Notes: generated by a model not told the origin, from the letters alone. Positions 27,455-38,046 are shown, counted from the stretch's first letter. The stretch is DNA of 64,000 bases from Myxococcota bacterium (GCA_023150835.1 JAKLKB010000002.1:124001-188000), one strand, 5' to 3'. Numbers and translations are program-made.

Positions 27455-28633
27455 TTGAGATACCTTGTTGCCGTCGACTATCACTTCCTTGATGCCCCGG
27501 GCGGGGCACCGCGAGTTGCTTATGATATCGCCCAATTAGCCAAAGATGCCGGCCATGACGTGGCGATGATCTGCTACCACCCAAACGCCACACACGACGA
27601 TCTTTGCACACAAGACGGAATGCAAGTGTTACGGGTAGGCCATACATCGTTGCCGAAGTGGGATCCTCGCCGCACGTTTTCCTCCATCCAAAACGTGCAA
27701 CAAGCCGTTCGTCGCTTTTTTGGCAAACAGTCGTGGGATCGGCTGCACATCCACAGTATCATGACCGGCTTGGGAGCCTCCTTAGCGCTCAACTCCCGCA
27801 CCCACCGATGCCTGACACTCCATTCGCCTGTTTCTCTCGAATATGCTGCACACGAACCGTCCGATCTGTTCCAAAGAGCAAAACACCTGCTGGGTGTTCC
27901 TCTGCTCGTTTGGATGGAGCGAAAGCTCCTCTACCAAAGCCAGCACATCCACGTCCTTTCACGTTTTAGCGCACGCTACATTGAGCAAACATATCCCTCC
28001 CTCGCCGAAAGAGTCGATGTGATCCCTTATTGGCGCCAAGCCGCGCTAAAACGGACGCACACCAAAGAAGCTGCACGGGCTGCGCTGGGGTGGGATCTCA
28101 ACAAAGTCATCTTTTTTACAGTGAGAAACCATATCGCACGCACAGGCATCGGCGATGCCATTGAGGCCGTTCACCCGCTCGCAAAAGCCGGTCGATGCGA
28201 ACTGATGATCGCAGGAGATGGACCCCTTCGCTCCGCTTACCAACAACGCGTCGTCGAGGCTGGCCTCGAACAAGATATCCGCTTTCTCGGTCGCATCTCT
28301 GATCAGGCGCTACACCTCGCCTACCAAGCCGCTGATGCCTTTTTGGTGCCGACCCGCGCTCTCGAATGTTTTGGACTGATCTTGATCGAAGCGATGGCTT
28401 TCGGGTGTCCTGTGATCAGTTCGGATTCTTCCGCTATTCCCGAAGTGATGAACCCGATCTTGCCGCAGTACGTGTATCCCGCAGGCAATGTACCTGCGCT
28501 CACAAAAAAGCTCACGCAGTTTCTAAACAAAGAACTCCCCCTCCCCTCCGCAGATCAAATCACCCAATACGTCGAAGACACGTACGGCCCCCAGCGTGTG
28601 ATCCCCATGTACTTGAAATGGCTTTTGGCCTAG
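27455..28633 (+). CDS. Glycosyltransferase family 4
   Basis: TTG start after GGAG; IAGDGPLR, ECFGLILIEAMAFGCPVI (Ex7E). Confidence 0.92.
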   Translation: MRYLVAVDYHFLDAPGGAPRVAYDIAQLAKDAGHDVAMICYHPNATHDDLCTQDGMQVLRVGHTSLPKWDPRRTFSSIQNVQQAVRRFFGKQSWDRLHIHSIMTGLGASLALNSRTHRCLTLHSPVSLEYAAHEPSDLFQRAKHLLGVPLLVWMERKLLYQSQHIHVLSRFSARYIEQTYPSLAERVDVIPYWRQAALKRTHTKEAARAALGWDLNKVIFFTVRNHIARTGIGDAIEAVHPLAKAGRCELMIAGDGPLRSAYQQRVVEAGLEQDIRFLGRISDQALHLAYQAADAFLVPTRALECFGLILIEAMAFGCPVISSDSSAIPEVMNPILPQYVYPAGNVPALTKKLTQFLNKELPLPSADQITQYVEDTYGPQRVIPMYLKWLLA

Positions 28634-28651
28634 ACCCACCGCTTATTTCGC

Positions 28652-28753
28652 GATGATTTTAGAGCCATCTTTTGCTTCATGATGCTCTGGATGATTTTAG
28701 AGCCATCTTTTGCTTTGCGATGCTCTGGATGATTTTGAAGCCATCTTTTGTTT
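28652..28753. repeat. 38-bp tandem repeat (~2.7 units)
   Basis: GATGATTTTAGAGCCATCTTTTGCTT...GATGCTCTG at 28652, 28690 and 28728. Confidence 0.92.
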
Positions 28754-28758
28754 TCACG

Positions 28759-28772
28759 GTGATCTAGATCAA
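28759..28772. promoter_or_regulatory. FNR/CRP-family-like operator upstream of the hydrogenase operon
   Basis: GTGAT-CTAG-ATCAA, a 9/10 match to TTGAT-N4-ATCAA, 71 bp before the first ATG. Confidence 0.55.
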
Positions 28773-28843
28773 CATACGCAAAGCGATCATGCGCTACACA
28801 AGCCAACGTCGCAAAAAACGATCCCCACGGAGTTTGATGGACG

Positions 28844-29968
28844 ATGCACTATCGATTGGAAGCCTCAGACCTACAACAACTCTTGGATGCCCTAAAAGCC
28901 GATGGCTACGCCTTGTTGGGTCCACAGCGTCAAGACAACGCCATCCTCTACGACACACTTGAATCTGCGGCGGATTTACCGCAGGGATGGACCGATCAGC
29001 AAGAAGCAGGGCAATACAAGCTCAAACGCCGCGAAGATGCGGCCTATTTTGGTTATGTGGTGGGGCCGCGCAGTTGGAAACGGGTGTTCTTACCGCCCCG
29101 AAAGCGGTTATGGAGCGCCACCCAACAAGACGGCGCATGGAGCATCGAAGAAGAACCCCTACCGACCCAAAAGGTCGCTCTGATCGGGGTGCGCGCTTGT
29201 GAGATCCACGCCATCGCGATCCAAGATCGCGTGTTGCGCGAAGGCCCCTACCCCGACCCGTATTACACCACCATGCGCGCCCAAAGCCTGATCATCGCGG
29301 TAAATTGCACACAAGCGGCCCCCACCTGTTTTTGCACCTCGATGGATACGGGTCCTAACGCCACCTTTGGCTTTGATCTCAGCCTTACAGAGCTTCTTGA
29401 ACCCGATCACGGCTTTGTTGTGGAAGTGGGCAGCCCCAAAGGCCAAGCTCTTGTCGAAACCTTGGGACTTCCTGCCGCAAACGATCCCGATCAAGCCCGC
29501 GCCCAAGCAGGCGTCGATCAGGCCCGCAAACAGATCAAGCGCACGCTCCAACGCGACGATGTCAAGGCGCTTTTGTATCGCAACCTCGAACACGCCCGTT
29601 GGGACGAAGTCGCTTCTCGTTGTCTTAGCTGCGCCAACTGCACGATGGTCTGCCCCACGTGCTTTTGCACAGAGATGGAAGATATCACCGACTTGACAGG
29701 CGATCATGCCGAACGTTGGCAGCGTTGGGACTCTTGTTTTCACGGGCAGTTTACGCACGTACACGGCGGGCCTGTTCGCCAGTCGACACGCTCGCGCTAT
29801 CGCCAATGGCTGACGCACAAACTGGCATCATGGGAAGATCAGTTCGGAACAACGGGCTGTGTGGGCTGTGGGCGTTGTATCGCGTGGTGTCCCGCAGGAA
29901 TCGACCTTACCGCCGAAGTCAAGGCGTTTCGCGAAAGCGAACACTCGCAGGAGAAAAACAAACGATGA
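28844..29968 (+). CDS. hyhB: Group 3b [NiFe]-hydrogenase (sulfhydrogenase) beta, Fe-S subunit
   Basis: [39 protein letters not shown]. Confidence 0.92.
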   Translation: MHYRLEASDLQQLLDALKADGYALLGPQRQDNAILYDTLESAADLPQGWTDQQEAGQYKLKRREDAAYFGYVVGPRSWKRVFLPPRKRLWSATQQDGAWSIEEEPLPTQKVALIGVRACEIHAIAIQDRVLREGPYPDPYYTTMRAQSLIIAVNCTQAAPTCFCTSMDTGPNATFGFDLSLTELLEPDHGFVVEVGSPKGQALVETLGLPAANDPDQARAQAGVDQARKQIKRTLQRDDVKALLYRNLEHARWDEVASRCLSCANCTMVCPTCFCTEMEDITDLTGDHAERWQRWDSCFHGQFTHVHGGPVRQSTRSRYRQWLTHKLASWEDQFGTTGCVGCGRCIAWCPAGIDLTAEVKAFRESEHSQEKNKR

Positions 29969-30465
29969 CTCCTCAAGATCTAAAGGCTTTTTTGGCTGAA
30001 CACCCCTTCTTTTCGACACTTCCAGCGGAAGACCTTGCGATCATGTCGTCTTGTGCGGAGTATGCGAGCTTTGCAGTAGGCGATATCCTGCTGCGCGAAG
30101 GCCAACAGGCCACGCGGTTTTATGTCTTGCGCGAAGGTAGCGTCGCGATCGATGTACACCATCCTGCACGAGGCTTGATCACGTTGATGACCGTCGGAAA
30201 AGGCGATGTCGTCGGATGGTCGTGGCTGCTTGAACCTTATCTCTCACAATTTGATGCCCGCGTCTTGCGTCCCACCAAGGCCCTTGTCTTCGATGCGGTG
30301 GCCTTGCGTGCGAGCTTTGAACAGCATCCAGCCTTGGGCTACGCTGTCACACGCAAGCTACTCGCCCAAGTCACCAAACGCCTTTATGCCGCACGCATCC
30401 AATTGCTCGATCTCTACGGCATCTCCAACAACCCCTCATCCGATAGTCCGAAGTATCAGGAGTAA
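29965..30465 (+). CDS. Stand-alone cyclic-nucleotide-binding (Crp-like) domain protein without HTH
   Basis: [22 protein letters not shown]...[11 protein letters not shown]...FDAR; ATGA overlap with the upstream gene. Confidence 0.88.
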   Translation: MTPQDLKAFLAEHPFFSTLPAEDLAIMSSCAEYASFAVGDILLREGQQATRFYVLREGSVAIDVHHPARGLITLMTVGKGDVVGWSWLLEPYLSQFDARVLRPTKALVFDAVALRASFEQHPALGYAVTRKLLAQVTKRLYAARIQLLDLYGISNNPSSDSPKYQE

Positions 30466-30467
30466 CG

Positions 30468-31310
30468 ATGGGAGCCTTACCCGCGATCCGACCGATGACA
30501 CCGCGCCCTTTTCGTATCGAAGCTGTGCGCCCAGAAACTCCGAACGTCTTTACATGGACGCTGCGCCCGACACAAGAAGGCGAGCCGTTGGTGTTTCAAC
30601 CCGGCCAGTTCAATATGTTGTCGATCTTTGGAGTGGGAGAAGTACCGATCTCGGTCAGCGGAGATGCCGAACAGTCCGAGATATTGGTGCATACAATCCG
30701 CTCCGTGGGAACCGTCACCCAAGTAATGGAAACCAAAAAAGCGGGGGATATCATCGGAGTGCGCGGCCCGTTTGGAAATACATGGCCGCTCCAAGCAGCC
30801 GAAGATTGCGATGTCGTCCTTGCAGTGGGCGGTTTGGGACTTGCACCGATGCGACCCACGATCTACCACCTCTTGCATCACCGCGAACGCTACAAGCGGG
30901 TGTATCTGCTTTATGGTACACGCACCCCCAAAGATATCCTCTATCCTGACGAACTCAAGGCGTGGAGCGAAAGCGGAGCCTTGGATATCCGAACGACCGT
31001 CGACGTGGGCATGGATGGATGGAATGGCGAAGTGGGCCTTGTGACGGACTTGATCAGCGACATCCGTATCGATCCGTACCACAGCATCGCGATGGTTTGT
31101 GGACCCGAGATCATGATGCACTTTACAGCAAAAGCGTTGTTTCACCGACGGATCGCTCCTGCGCGGATCTTTCTCTCGATGGAGCGCTCGATGCGTTGTG
31201 GAACAGGCTGGTGCGGCCACTGTCAGCTAGGCCCGACTTTTCTCTGCAAAGACGGCCCTGTGTACGATTATCCAAGCATCCAAGCTTGGCTGCACAAACG
31301 CGAACTCTGA
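30468..31310 (+). CDS. hyhG: Group 3b hydrogenase gamma subunit (FAD/NAD(P)-binding, 2Fe-2S)
   Basis: PGQFNML, RGPFG, GGLGLAP, CGPEIMM, CGTGWCGHC...CKDGPV. Confidence 0.92.
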   Translation: MGALPAIRPMTPRPFRIEAVRPETPNVFTWTLRPTQEGEPLVFQPGQFNMLSIFGVGEVPISVSGDAEQSEILVHTIRSVGTVTQVMETKKAGDIIGVRGPFGNTWPLQAAEDCDVVLAVGGLGLAPMRPTIYHLLHHRERYKRVYLLYGTRTPKDILYPDELKAWSESGALDIRTTVDVGMDGWNGEVGLVTDLISDIRIDPYHSIAMVCGPEIMMHFTAKALFHRRIAPARIFLSMERSMRCGTGWCGHCQLGPTFLCKDGPVYDYPSIQAWLHKREL

Positions 31311-31340
31311 GAAAGAGAGAGGTGATGTCAGAAGGTTTTT

Positions 31341-31464
31341 GTGGGGTTTTACCCCACACCCCACAAGGGAGCGCGGCTCCCTTGACCCCGTATTCGCGGA
31401 GAGAGCAGATGTTTTTCAAACCAACAAAACTGCCGCTTGATATGGCGCGAACACGGCTTTTTTT
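31341..31464 (+). repeat. Family-1 element, copy D, inside the hydrogenase operon
   Basis: GTGGGGT-TTT-ACCCCAC ACCCCAC AAGGGAGC-GCG-GCTCCCTT GACCCCGTAT...CGCGAACACGG. Confidence 0.92.
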
Positions 31465-31503
31465 GGCAACTGCGTTTCTTTTAGAAAGAGATAAGGTGGT
31501 GCA

Positions 31504-32307
31504 ATGACGCAAAAGCCCAAGTTGGCGGTGTGGAAGTTTGCCTCTTGTGATGGTTGCCAGTTGAGCTTACTGGATTGCGAAGATGAATTGCTTGCGGTCG
31601 CAGGCGCGGTCGATATCGCGTATTTCCCCGAAGCAACGCGGCGGATGGTGGATGGTCCTTACGATGTGTCGCTGGTGGAGGGTTCGATCACCACGCCGCA
31701 TGATGCCGAACGGATCGTGGCGATCCGCAAAAACTCCAAGAAACTGATCACCCTCGGCGCATGCGCAACCGCTGGCGGTATCCAAGCCCTGCGAAACTTT
31801 CGAGACGTCAAAGAATGGACCTCTCTGGTGTATGCTCATCCCGAATACATCGACACACTCGCGCACTCCGCCCCGATCGCAGAACACGTCAAGGTGGACT
31901 TTGAGTTGCGCGGTTGCCCGATCAACAAGATGCAATTGGTCGAAGTGCTTGCGGCTTTTCTCAACCAGCGCAAGCCGCTTGTCCCCAACCACAGCGTCTG
32001 CGTGGAGTGCAAGCTCAACGAACAAGTCTGTGTAATGGTGACGCAGCAGACGCCGTGTCTTGGGCCTGTGACGCAAGCCGGATGTGGGGCGCTTTGCCCT
32101 CGCTATCTGCGCGGATGCTTCGGATGTTTTGGCCCCAAAGAAAATCCCAACACATCTTCGATGGCGGCACAATGGCGCTCGCTCGGCGCAAGTGAAGCAC
32201 AGATATTACGGGCCTTCCGTGGGATCAACGGGTACGCAGAAGCCTTTCGCCTCGAAAGCGAACGCAGCGAGCAGCAACTCCAATCCACCGAACAAAAAGC
32301 CAAGTGA
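31504..32307 (+). CDS. hyhS: Group 3b hydrogenase small (delta) subunit
   Basis: [34 protein letters not shown]...CFGCFGP. Confidence 0.93.
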   Translation: MTQKPKLAVWKFASCDGCQLSLLDCEDELLAVAGAVDIAYFPEATRRMVDGPYDVSLVEGSITTPHDAERIVAIRKNSKKLITLGACATAGGIQALRNFRDVKEWTSLVYAHPEYIDTLAHSAPIAEHVKVDFELRGCPINKMQLVEVLAAFLNQRKPLVPNHSVCVECKLNEQVCVMVTQQTPCLGPVTQAGCGALCPRYLRGCFGCFGPKENPNTSSMAAQWRSLGASEAQILRAFRGINGYAEAFRLESERSEQQLQSTEQKAK

Positions 32308-32336
32308 CGAGTCGAGAAAGCAAGGGAAATAGGCGC

Positions 32337-33686
32337 ATGGACAAGCGAACGGAAGTCATACAAGTCGACGTACTGGCCCGCGTGGAAGGGGAAGGGGCTT
32401 TGTATCTGGATATCGACGGCGGCGAGGTCAAAGAAGCCCATCTGCGGATCTTTGAACCGCCCCGTTTCTTTGAGGCGTTTTTGCGTGGGCGCGACTTTCG
32501 CGAGATCCCCGATATCACAGCGCGGATCTGTGGGATCTGCCCGATCGCCTACCAGATGGGGGCTTGTCACGCAGCCGAGCAGATCGTGGGAATTCATCCC
32601 GACGGGCCGCTGCGTGAGCTTCGCCGCTTGATCTATTGTGGCGAATGGATCGAAAGCCACGTCCTCCACATCTATATGCTCCATGCCCCCGACTTTTTGG
32701 GATACCAAAGCGCGATCGAGATGGCCGAGATCTACCCCGCCATCGTCGAACGCGGCCTACAAATGAAAAAACTTGGCAACGATCTGATGACCTTTGTCGG
32801 AGGACGCGAGATCCACCCGATCAACGTCAAGGTCGGTGGCTTTTACAAAGCACCTACTGTCAAAGCGATGCGTGCATGGCGTGATCGCCTATTGTGGGCA
32901 CGCGACGCCGCCATCGAAACGATCCGCTGGACCGCCAGCCTCGATTTTCCCGACTTCACACGCGACTACGAGTTTGTCAGTCTTCGCCATCCCAACGAAT
33001 ACCCCCTCAACGAAGGGCGGCTTGTCTCCAACCGTGGGCTCGATATCGATATCACCGAATACAACGACCACTTCCAAGAAGAACACGTCGCACACTCCAA
33101 CGCCCTCCAGTCCATACACAAAGGACACGGCCCCTATTTCGTCGGTCCCCTCGCACGTTACCACAACAACTTTGATCTGCTGACACCCACCTGCCAACAA
33201 CTCGCCCGTGAGATCGGCCTTGGAGAAAGCTGCAACAATCCCTTTCAGAGCATCGTTGTCCGCAGCATCGAAGTCCTCTACGCCTACGAAGAAGCCCTAC
33301 GCATCGTCGAAAACTACACCGAACCCGATGTCTCGGCTCTTGACTTTACACCCCGCGCTGGCACAGGTCACGGATGCACCGAAGCACCCAGAGGGATCTG
33401 TTATCACCGCTACACCACCGACGACAACGGCATCGTGCTTGACGCGCAGATCGTCCCCCCCACCTCCCAAAATCAAAAGAGCATCGAAGACGATCTCTTG
33501 CATCTGGCCCGTCGATCGATGCACCTCTCCACCGAAGATCTGACATGGCGATGCGAACAAGCCATCCGAAACTACGACCCCTGTATCTCTTGCGCAACGC
33601 ACTTCCTCACGCTGCACATCGAAAACAAACAGGACGCCAACACACCGACTCTCGCAAACCCCCTTGCCTCCGAACCCACCGAATAA
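32337..33686 (+). CDS. hyhL: Group 3b [NiFe]-hydrogenase large (alpha) subunit
   Basis: RVEGEG, L1 RICGIC, EAPRG, L2 DPCISCATH followed by a cleavable C-terminal extension. Confidence 0.96.
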   Translation: MDKRTEVIQVDVLARVEGEGALYLDIDGGEVKEAHLRIFEPPRFFEAFLRGRDFREIPDITARICGICPIAYQMGACHAAEQIVGIHPDGPLRELRRLIYCGEWIESHVLHIYMLHAPDFLGYQSAIEMAEIYPAIVERGLQMKKLGNDLMTFVGGREIHPINVKVGGFYKAPTVKAMRAWRDRLLWARDAAIETIRWTASLDFPDFTRDYEFVSLRHPNEYPLNEGRLVSNRGLDIDITEYNDHFQEEHVAHSNALQSIHKGHGPYFVGPLARYHNNFDLLTPTCQQLAREIGLGESCNNPFQSIVVRSIEVLYAYEEALRIVENYTEPDVSALDFTPRAGTGHGCTEAPRGICYHRYTTDDNGIVLDAQIVPPTSQNQKSIEDDLLHLARRSMHLSTEDLTWRCEQAIRNYDPCISCATHFLTLHIENKQDANTPTLANPLASEPTE

Positions 33687-33692
33687 CGAACC

Positions 33693-34232
33693 ATGACCAC
33701 ACCTCCACCATCTCGCCTTTTGACCGATGTTTCGCAAGAATGCTCCATCTCCCCGCCGATCCGCCTGTTTGGGATCGGTAATCCTTTTCGCAGCGACGAT
33801 CGTGTCGGTCGATTGATCGCACAACAGCTCTCCGACCTCAACAGCCCATCCATCGGGATCTATGAAAGCGATGGAGACGGGGCCAAACTCATCGATCAAT
33901 GGCAAGAGGCTCGCGTCGTCTTCCTTGTCGATGCCGTGTCTTCACGACAACCTGTGGGCGCGCTGCACCGCTACGAAGCCCACGATCTCCCCCTTCCCAA
34001 CGCCATCTTCGGTCGTTCGACTCACCATTGGGGCATGGCCGACGCGATCGAGTTGGCTCGCCGACTCCACAAACTCCCGCCCCGTGTGCTTGTGTACGGG
34101 ATCGAGGCCAGCAACTTTTCTTATGGACTCACCCTTTCCCCTGCCCTCCAAGCCGCCCTCCCCCGCCTTGTCAGCGATCTGCGCGCAGCCTTGACGATAC
34201 ACGCGCTCGCTCTTTCCGTCCCATTCACATAA
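33693..34232 (+). CDS. Hydrogenase maturation protease
   Basis: GIGNPFRSDD.VG, VDAV, STH; follows the large subunit. Confidence 0.92.
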   Translation: MTTPPPSRLLTDVSQECSISPPIRLFGIGNPFRSDDRVGRLIAQQLSDLNSPSIGIYESDGDGAKLIDQWQEARVVFLVDAVSSRQPVGALHRYEAHDLPLPNAIFGRSTHHWGMADAIELARRLHKLPPRVLVYGIEASNFSYGLTLSPALQAALPRLVSDLRAALTIHALALSVPFT

Positions 34233-34270
34233 AGCTCGTCAAAACCTCGAATGGATCGACGTCCTGTGTT

Positions 34271-34443
34271 CTCCCTCAACCCACCCTACGACCTTCGCCC
34301 CTTCTCTTCGCCCCCTTCTCTTCGTCCCCTTTCCGTGTTTTCCGTGTTTTCCGTGGACTGTTATTCGATATCCGAGCGATGTGTGATCGTAAGATATTGC
34401 GTAGACGCCCGATTCTTGGGCAGCCACACCTGTCTGCCCCTAC
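34271..34443. repeat. GTAG-type REP-like palindromes and a TTCCGTG(TT/G) short array between convergent genes
   Basis: Minus strand GTAGGGGCAGACAGGTGTGGCTGCCC (34418-34443) and GTAGGGTGGGTTG (~34277-34289); TTCCGTGTTTTCCGTGTTTTCCGTGGACT at ~34331-34359. Confidence 0.6.
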
Positions 34444-34476
34444 ACCGTTACGGTAACACACCCTGCGGATTTCGTA

Positions 34477-35964
34477 TTATTCGATATCTTCGCCATACAA
34501 GGGGAGGATCGGTGTATGGCGCGTCGGGTTGTAGGCTTCGATCCGTTGGGAGATGCGTTCGAGCCTCATCCCACGGCTACCTTTGACCAGAACCCATGCT
34601 CCTTGAACGAGCAGGGGTTGAAGGGCTGCCCACATCACCTCAAAAGAGGCTTCTTCAAAGGCATGAACCTTTTCGGCGGGCATCCCATGATCGAGGGCGC
34701 TTTGGGCCATGCCTTTTGCGCGGGGTCCAAATGCAAAAAAGGCGGATATGGCGTGTTGTGCGACCAGTTCACCGATTTTTGCGTGCATCTCGGTTTCGGC
34801 ATTACCGAGTTCGAGCATATCCCCCAAGATCGCGATCGATGGGGCGTCTTGGGCAAGATCGACAAGGGTTTGCAGGGCTGCTTTTTTGGAAGCAGGATTG
34901 CTGTTGTAGCAATCATCGATCAGATGGACACCTGCATCGGTGTGGATCACACGCAAGCGCCGACCTTCGGGCTGTAGCTGTTCAAGCCCCGCGATAATTG
35001 CTTGCGCTGACGCACCCAAAACCGCTGCGGCAGCGATCGCCCCCAGCGCGTTTCCGATCTGGTGGCGTCCAACCAAGGGCAAGCGGAACGACAGCCGCCC
35101 ATGTGCATAAGAATGGATGCTCACAGAAAAGCCCTCTTCTCCGAGGGGTGTGGCTTGGAGCAAGGTGACGAACTGAGCCTCTTGCGGCAAACGCGACGCT
35201 GCATCGGCATCCGTCGAATAGTAGACCTTCGCACAAGTCAACGAAGCAGCTTTTTCCATAATCTTCGGATCATCCGCGTTGACGATCGCGATGTCGTGTC
35301 CTCCTAAACCCAAGAAAAGCTCACCTTTGGCCCTTGCGACCCCATCGAGAGATCCGACACCTTCGAGATGCGCGGGGGCCACGAGCGTGATCCAGCCGAT
35401 ATCAGGACGAGCGATCTCCGTCATCCGAGCGATCTCGCCAAAGGCGTTCATGCCCATCTCAAGGACCGCATAGCGATGTTTTGGTTCGAGTCCAAACAAC
35501 GTCAACGGAAGTCCGATCAGATTGTTGAGATTGCCTTTGGTTTTGAGCGTGGGTGCGACTTGTTGCAAGATGGCTCCCAACATCTCTTTGCCTGTGGTTT
35601 TTCCGCTCGATCCTGTGATCCCCACCACTTTGCAATGTGAGCGATGACGGGAAAGCCACGCCGAAGCAAGATCGCCAAGCGCGGTCAACGTGTCTTCCAC
35701 CAAGATCACAGGTAGATTCGCAGCCCCCCCGCGCTCGGCCTCCGTCAACGGTCGCTGCACCAAGACTGCAACCGCCCCACGTTGTAGGGCAGACGGTACA
35801 AAGGTATGCCCATCACGAGCCGCCACCAACGCAACAAACAACGCTCCTTGTGGGAGTTCGCGTGAGTCTGTGGCCACACCACGCACCACCAATTCGGGGT
35901 TTCCGCTGATGACTTCACCGCCCGTTGCTGCCGCGATCTCCGCTACACGCATCTCCAAGGTCAT
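34477..35964 (-). CDS. murF: UDP-N-acetylmuramoyl-tripeptide--D-Ala-D-Ala ligase
   Basis: ITGSSGKTT, NLNNLIGLP, EMGMN, DCYNSNP, LGDMLELG, KGSRGM. Confidence 0.97.
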   Translation of the reverse strand: MTLEMRVAEIAAATGGEVISGNPELVVRGVATDSRELPQGALFVALVAARDGHTFVPSALQRGAVAVLVQRPLTEAERGGAANLPVILVEDTLTALGDLASAWLSRHRSHCKVVGITGSSGKTTGKEMLGAILQQVAPTLKTKGNLNNLIGLPLTLFGLEPKHRYAVLEMGMNAFGEIARMTEIARPDIGWITLVAPAHLEGVGSLDGVARAKGELFLGLGGHDIAIVNADDPKIMEKAASLTCAKVYYSTDADAASRLPQEAQFVTLLQATPLGEEGFSVSIHSYAHGRLSFRLPLVGRHQIGNALGAIAAAAVLGASAQAIIAGLEQLQPEGRRLRVIHTDAGVHLIDDCYNSNPASKKAALQTLVDLAQDAPSIAILGDMLELGNAETEMHAKIGELVAQHAISAFFAFGPRAKGMAQSALDHGMPAEKVHAFEEASFEVMWAALQPLLVQGAWVLVKGSRGMRLERISQRIEAYNPTRHTPILPLYGEDIE

Positions 35965-37736
35965 CCCTTTTCTCCGTCTTTTTGGGGTTGTGCGCTTTGT
36001 GGCTCCCCCGCCGCTGCGGAAGGGGAAAAGGCGGTGCTATTTTGCTTGGACGGCCAACGCACCGCAAGGGCTTGTTGTGCGATCTTGCGATCATCAAAGG
36101 GATATCGGGTGGTTCCGACGATCTGATAATCTTCGTGGCCTTTTCCCGCAATCAACAAGATATCGTCCGCATCCGCCATCTCAACGGCCCGATCGATCGC
36201 TTTGCGGCGATCCAACTCCACAAGATACCCTTGGGCGCGTGGCACAGGCGGAAGTGCAGCACTCGAAGGTGGCGACGCCCATTCTTCTTCTGTGATGGAT
36301 GCGATCGCCTCGGATAGATCGGTCTTTTGTACAAGGGTTGACGCCACAAAAGAAGCCGCGTTTTCACTGCGAACACGGCGGACCTGCGCAAGAGCGGCGG
36401 CACTTTTCTTTGGAATCTGCAACGGCGCAAAGCCTTGCACGATATCCGCAACGATCTGCTGTGGATCTTCGGTGCGCGGGTTGTCCGAAGTGACGATGCA
36501 GATATCGCTTAACGAAGCAGCGATCTGCCCCATCTGCGGCCTCTTTGTGCGGTCACGATCTCCACCACACCCAAATACCACGATCAGGCGCTGAGGACAC
36601 AACGGTCGAAGACTCGACAACACTTGCTGCAAAGCATCGGGTGTATGGGCATAATCAACGAGAACTTGAAAAGGCAGCGTCGGATCGACGGCTTCCAATC
36701 GCCCCGGGACCGCACGCATCGCAGCGATCCCTTCCTCGATATCCGATGTCGACAGACCTTGTGCAACCGCCATCCCCACCGATAAAGCAAGATTGCTCAG
36801 ATTAAAGCGCCCCATCAACGGGCTTTCGATCTGGATCTGCCCTGCGGGTGTCTCCAAACGCGCCGAGATACCGCGTATATGAAGATGTGCCTCGCGTGCG
36901 ATCACTTCGGCCCGAGAGGACGGGTCCAAGCTATAACGCCACACCCGACAACGCGCCCCTTGCGCCATCTCATCGCAAGACGGATCATCCGCGTTCAACA
37001 ACGCGATCCCTTCGGATTCCACGACTTCGCGCCACAGCTTGGCCTTGGCTTCGCCATAAGCACGCATCGTCTGGTGATAATCAAGGTGATCTTGTGTCAG
37101 ATTGGTCCACCCCACCGTACGAAACGGAAGGCCATGCACGCGGTGTTGATCGAGCGCATGCGATGAGACTTCCATCAACAAAGCATCGGCTCCCGCCTCG
37201 CCCATGTGTCCTAACAAACGCCACAGCAACAGCACGTCGGGCGTCGTCAGCGGCGCAGGAAACACCGTCTCCCCCACGCGATAGTTGACCGTCCCGATCA
37301 CTCCCGGATTGTGGCCGCTTTTGCGCAAGATCGACTCCAAAATAAACGTGGTGGTGGTCTTGCCGTTGGTTCCCGTAATCCCCATCACACGGCGGCCAAA
37401 GGCCGAAGGCGTCGGGCCATAAAACGCCGCAGCCAAACGTGACAACGCCACCCGCGTATCTGAAACTTCGATCAATCGGGCGCGTTCGAGCTTCGCCGCA
37501 AGCGGCACACCACGCCGCACCACCACCGCACTCGCCCCCGCCAACAACGCTGCCGACACAAATTCATGCCCATCCCAACGCTGCCCCACCAACGCAACAA
37601 ACAACGTTCCGTTTGAAACCTGCCGAGAATCCGCCGTAATGCCCACGACGTCCACTTCTTCTCCCCAAGATCCATCGATCCCTGCTGCTTGGCAAAGCGC
37701 AGACAAGGTTTTCTTTCGCTCCATCCGTCTCTCCAT
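35961..37736 (-). CDS. murE: UDP-N-acetylmuramoyl-L-Ala-D-Glu--meso-DAP ligase
   Basis: ITGTNGKTT, MEVSSH, NLTQDHLDYH, VDYAHTPDAL, GCGGDRD, DNPR, AGKGHE. Confidence 0.97.
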   Translation of the reverse strand: MERRMERKKTLSALCQAAGIDGSWGEEVDVVGITADSRQVSNGTLFVALVGQRWDGHEFVSAALLAGASAVVVRRGVPLAAKLERARLIEVSDTRVALSRLAAAFYGPTPSAFGRRVMGITGTNGKTTTTFILESILRKSGHNPGVIGTVNYRVGETVFPAPLTTPDVLLLWRLLGHMGEAGADALLMEVSSHALDQHRVHGLPFRTVGWTNLTQDHLDYHQTMRAYGEAKAKLWREVVESEGIALLNADDPSCDEMAQGARCRVWRYSLDPSSRAEVIAREAHLHIRGISARLETPAGQIQIESPLMGRFNLSNLALSVGMAVAQGLSTSDIEEGIAAMRAVPGRLEAVDPTLPFQVLVDYAHTPDALQQVLSSLRPLCPQRLIVVFGCGGDRDRTKRPQMGQIAASLSDICIVTSDNPRTEDPQQIVADIVQGFAPLQIPKKSAAALAQVRRVRSENAASFVASTLVQKTDLSEAIASITEEEWASPPSSAALPPVPRAQGYLVELDRRKAIDRAVEMADADDILLIAGKGHEDYQIVGTTRYPFDDRKIAQQALAVRWPSKQNSTAFSPSAAAGEPQSAQPQKDGEKG

Positions 37737-37788
37737 CCTCGACTGAGGTTCTCATGCTGCCGCTTGTTGCGGGGACAAACACCGTTGC

Positions 37789-37816
37789 TTGACAAGCCTT
37801 CTTGCCATGCTTAGAT
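37789..37816 (+). promoter_or_regulatory. Candidate sigma70 promoter for the ABC operon
   Basis: TTGACA-N16-TTAGAT with a TG extended -10. Confidence 0.4.
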
Positions 37817-38046
37817 AGCCAACCTCTTTTGCGGGGGCAAGTACGCAGACACACAACACACACGTTGATCTGGGAATAAGCCCACACATCAGCTTGTTAG
37901 GCAGCAGCGACAACGGCTCATCGTCGCAACATGGCGGCTTTTTGGCCCTCGCTGCGCGCTCACAAGATGCGTACACCACACGGCACACATCCGATTTTCA
38001 GACCCTTTACCCCTCGCGCTCGACGACTGGAGCGGAAGGAACGAGC

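Noticed and set aside
33570-33605. Selenocysteine ([NiFeSe]) hydrogenase
   Set aside because: The L2 motif DPCISC uses ordinary Cys codons; there is no in-frame TGA.
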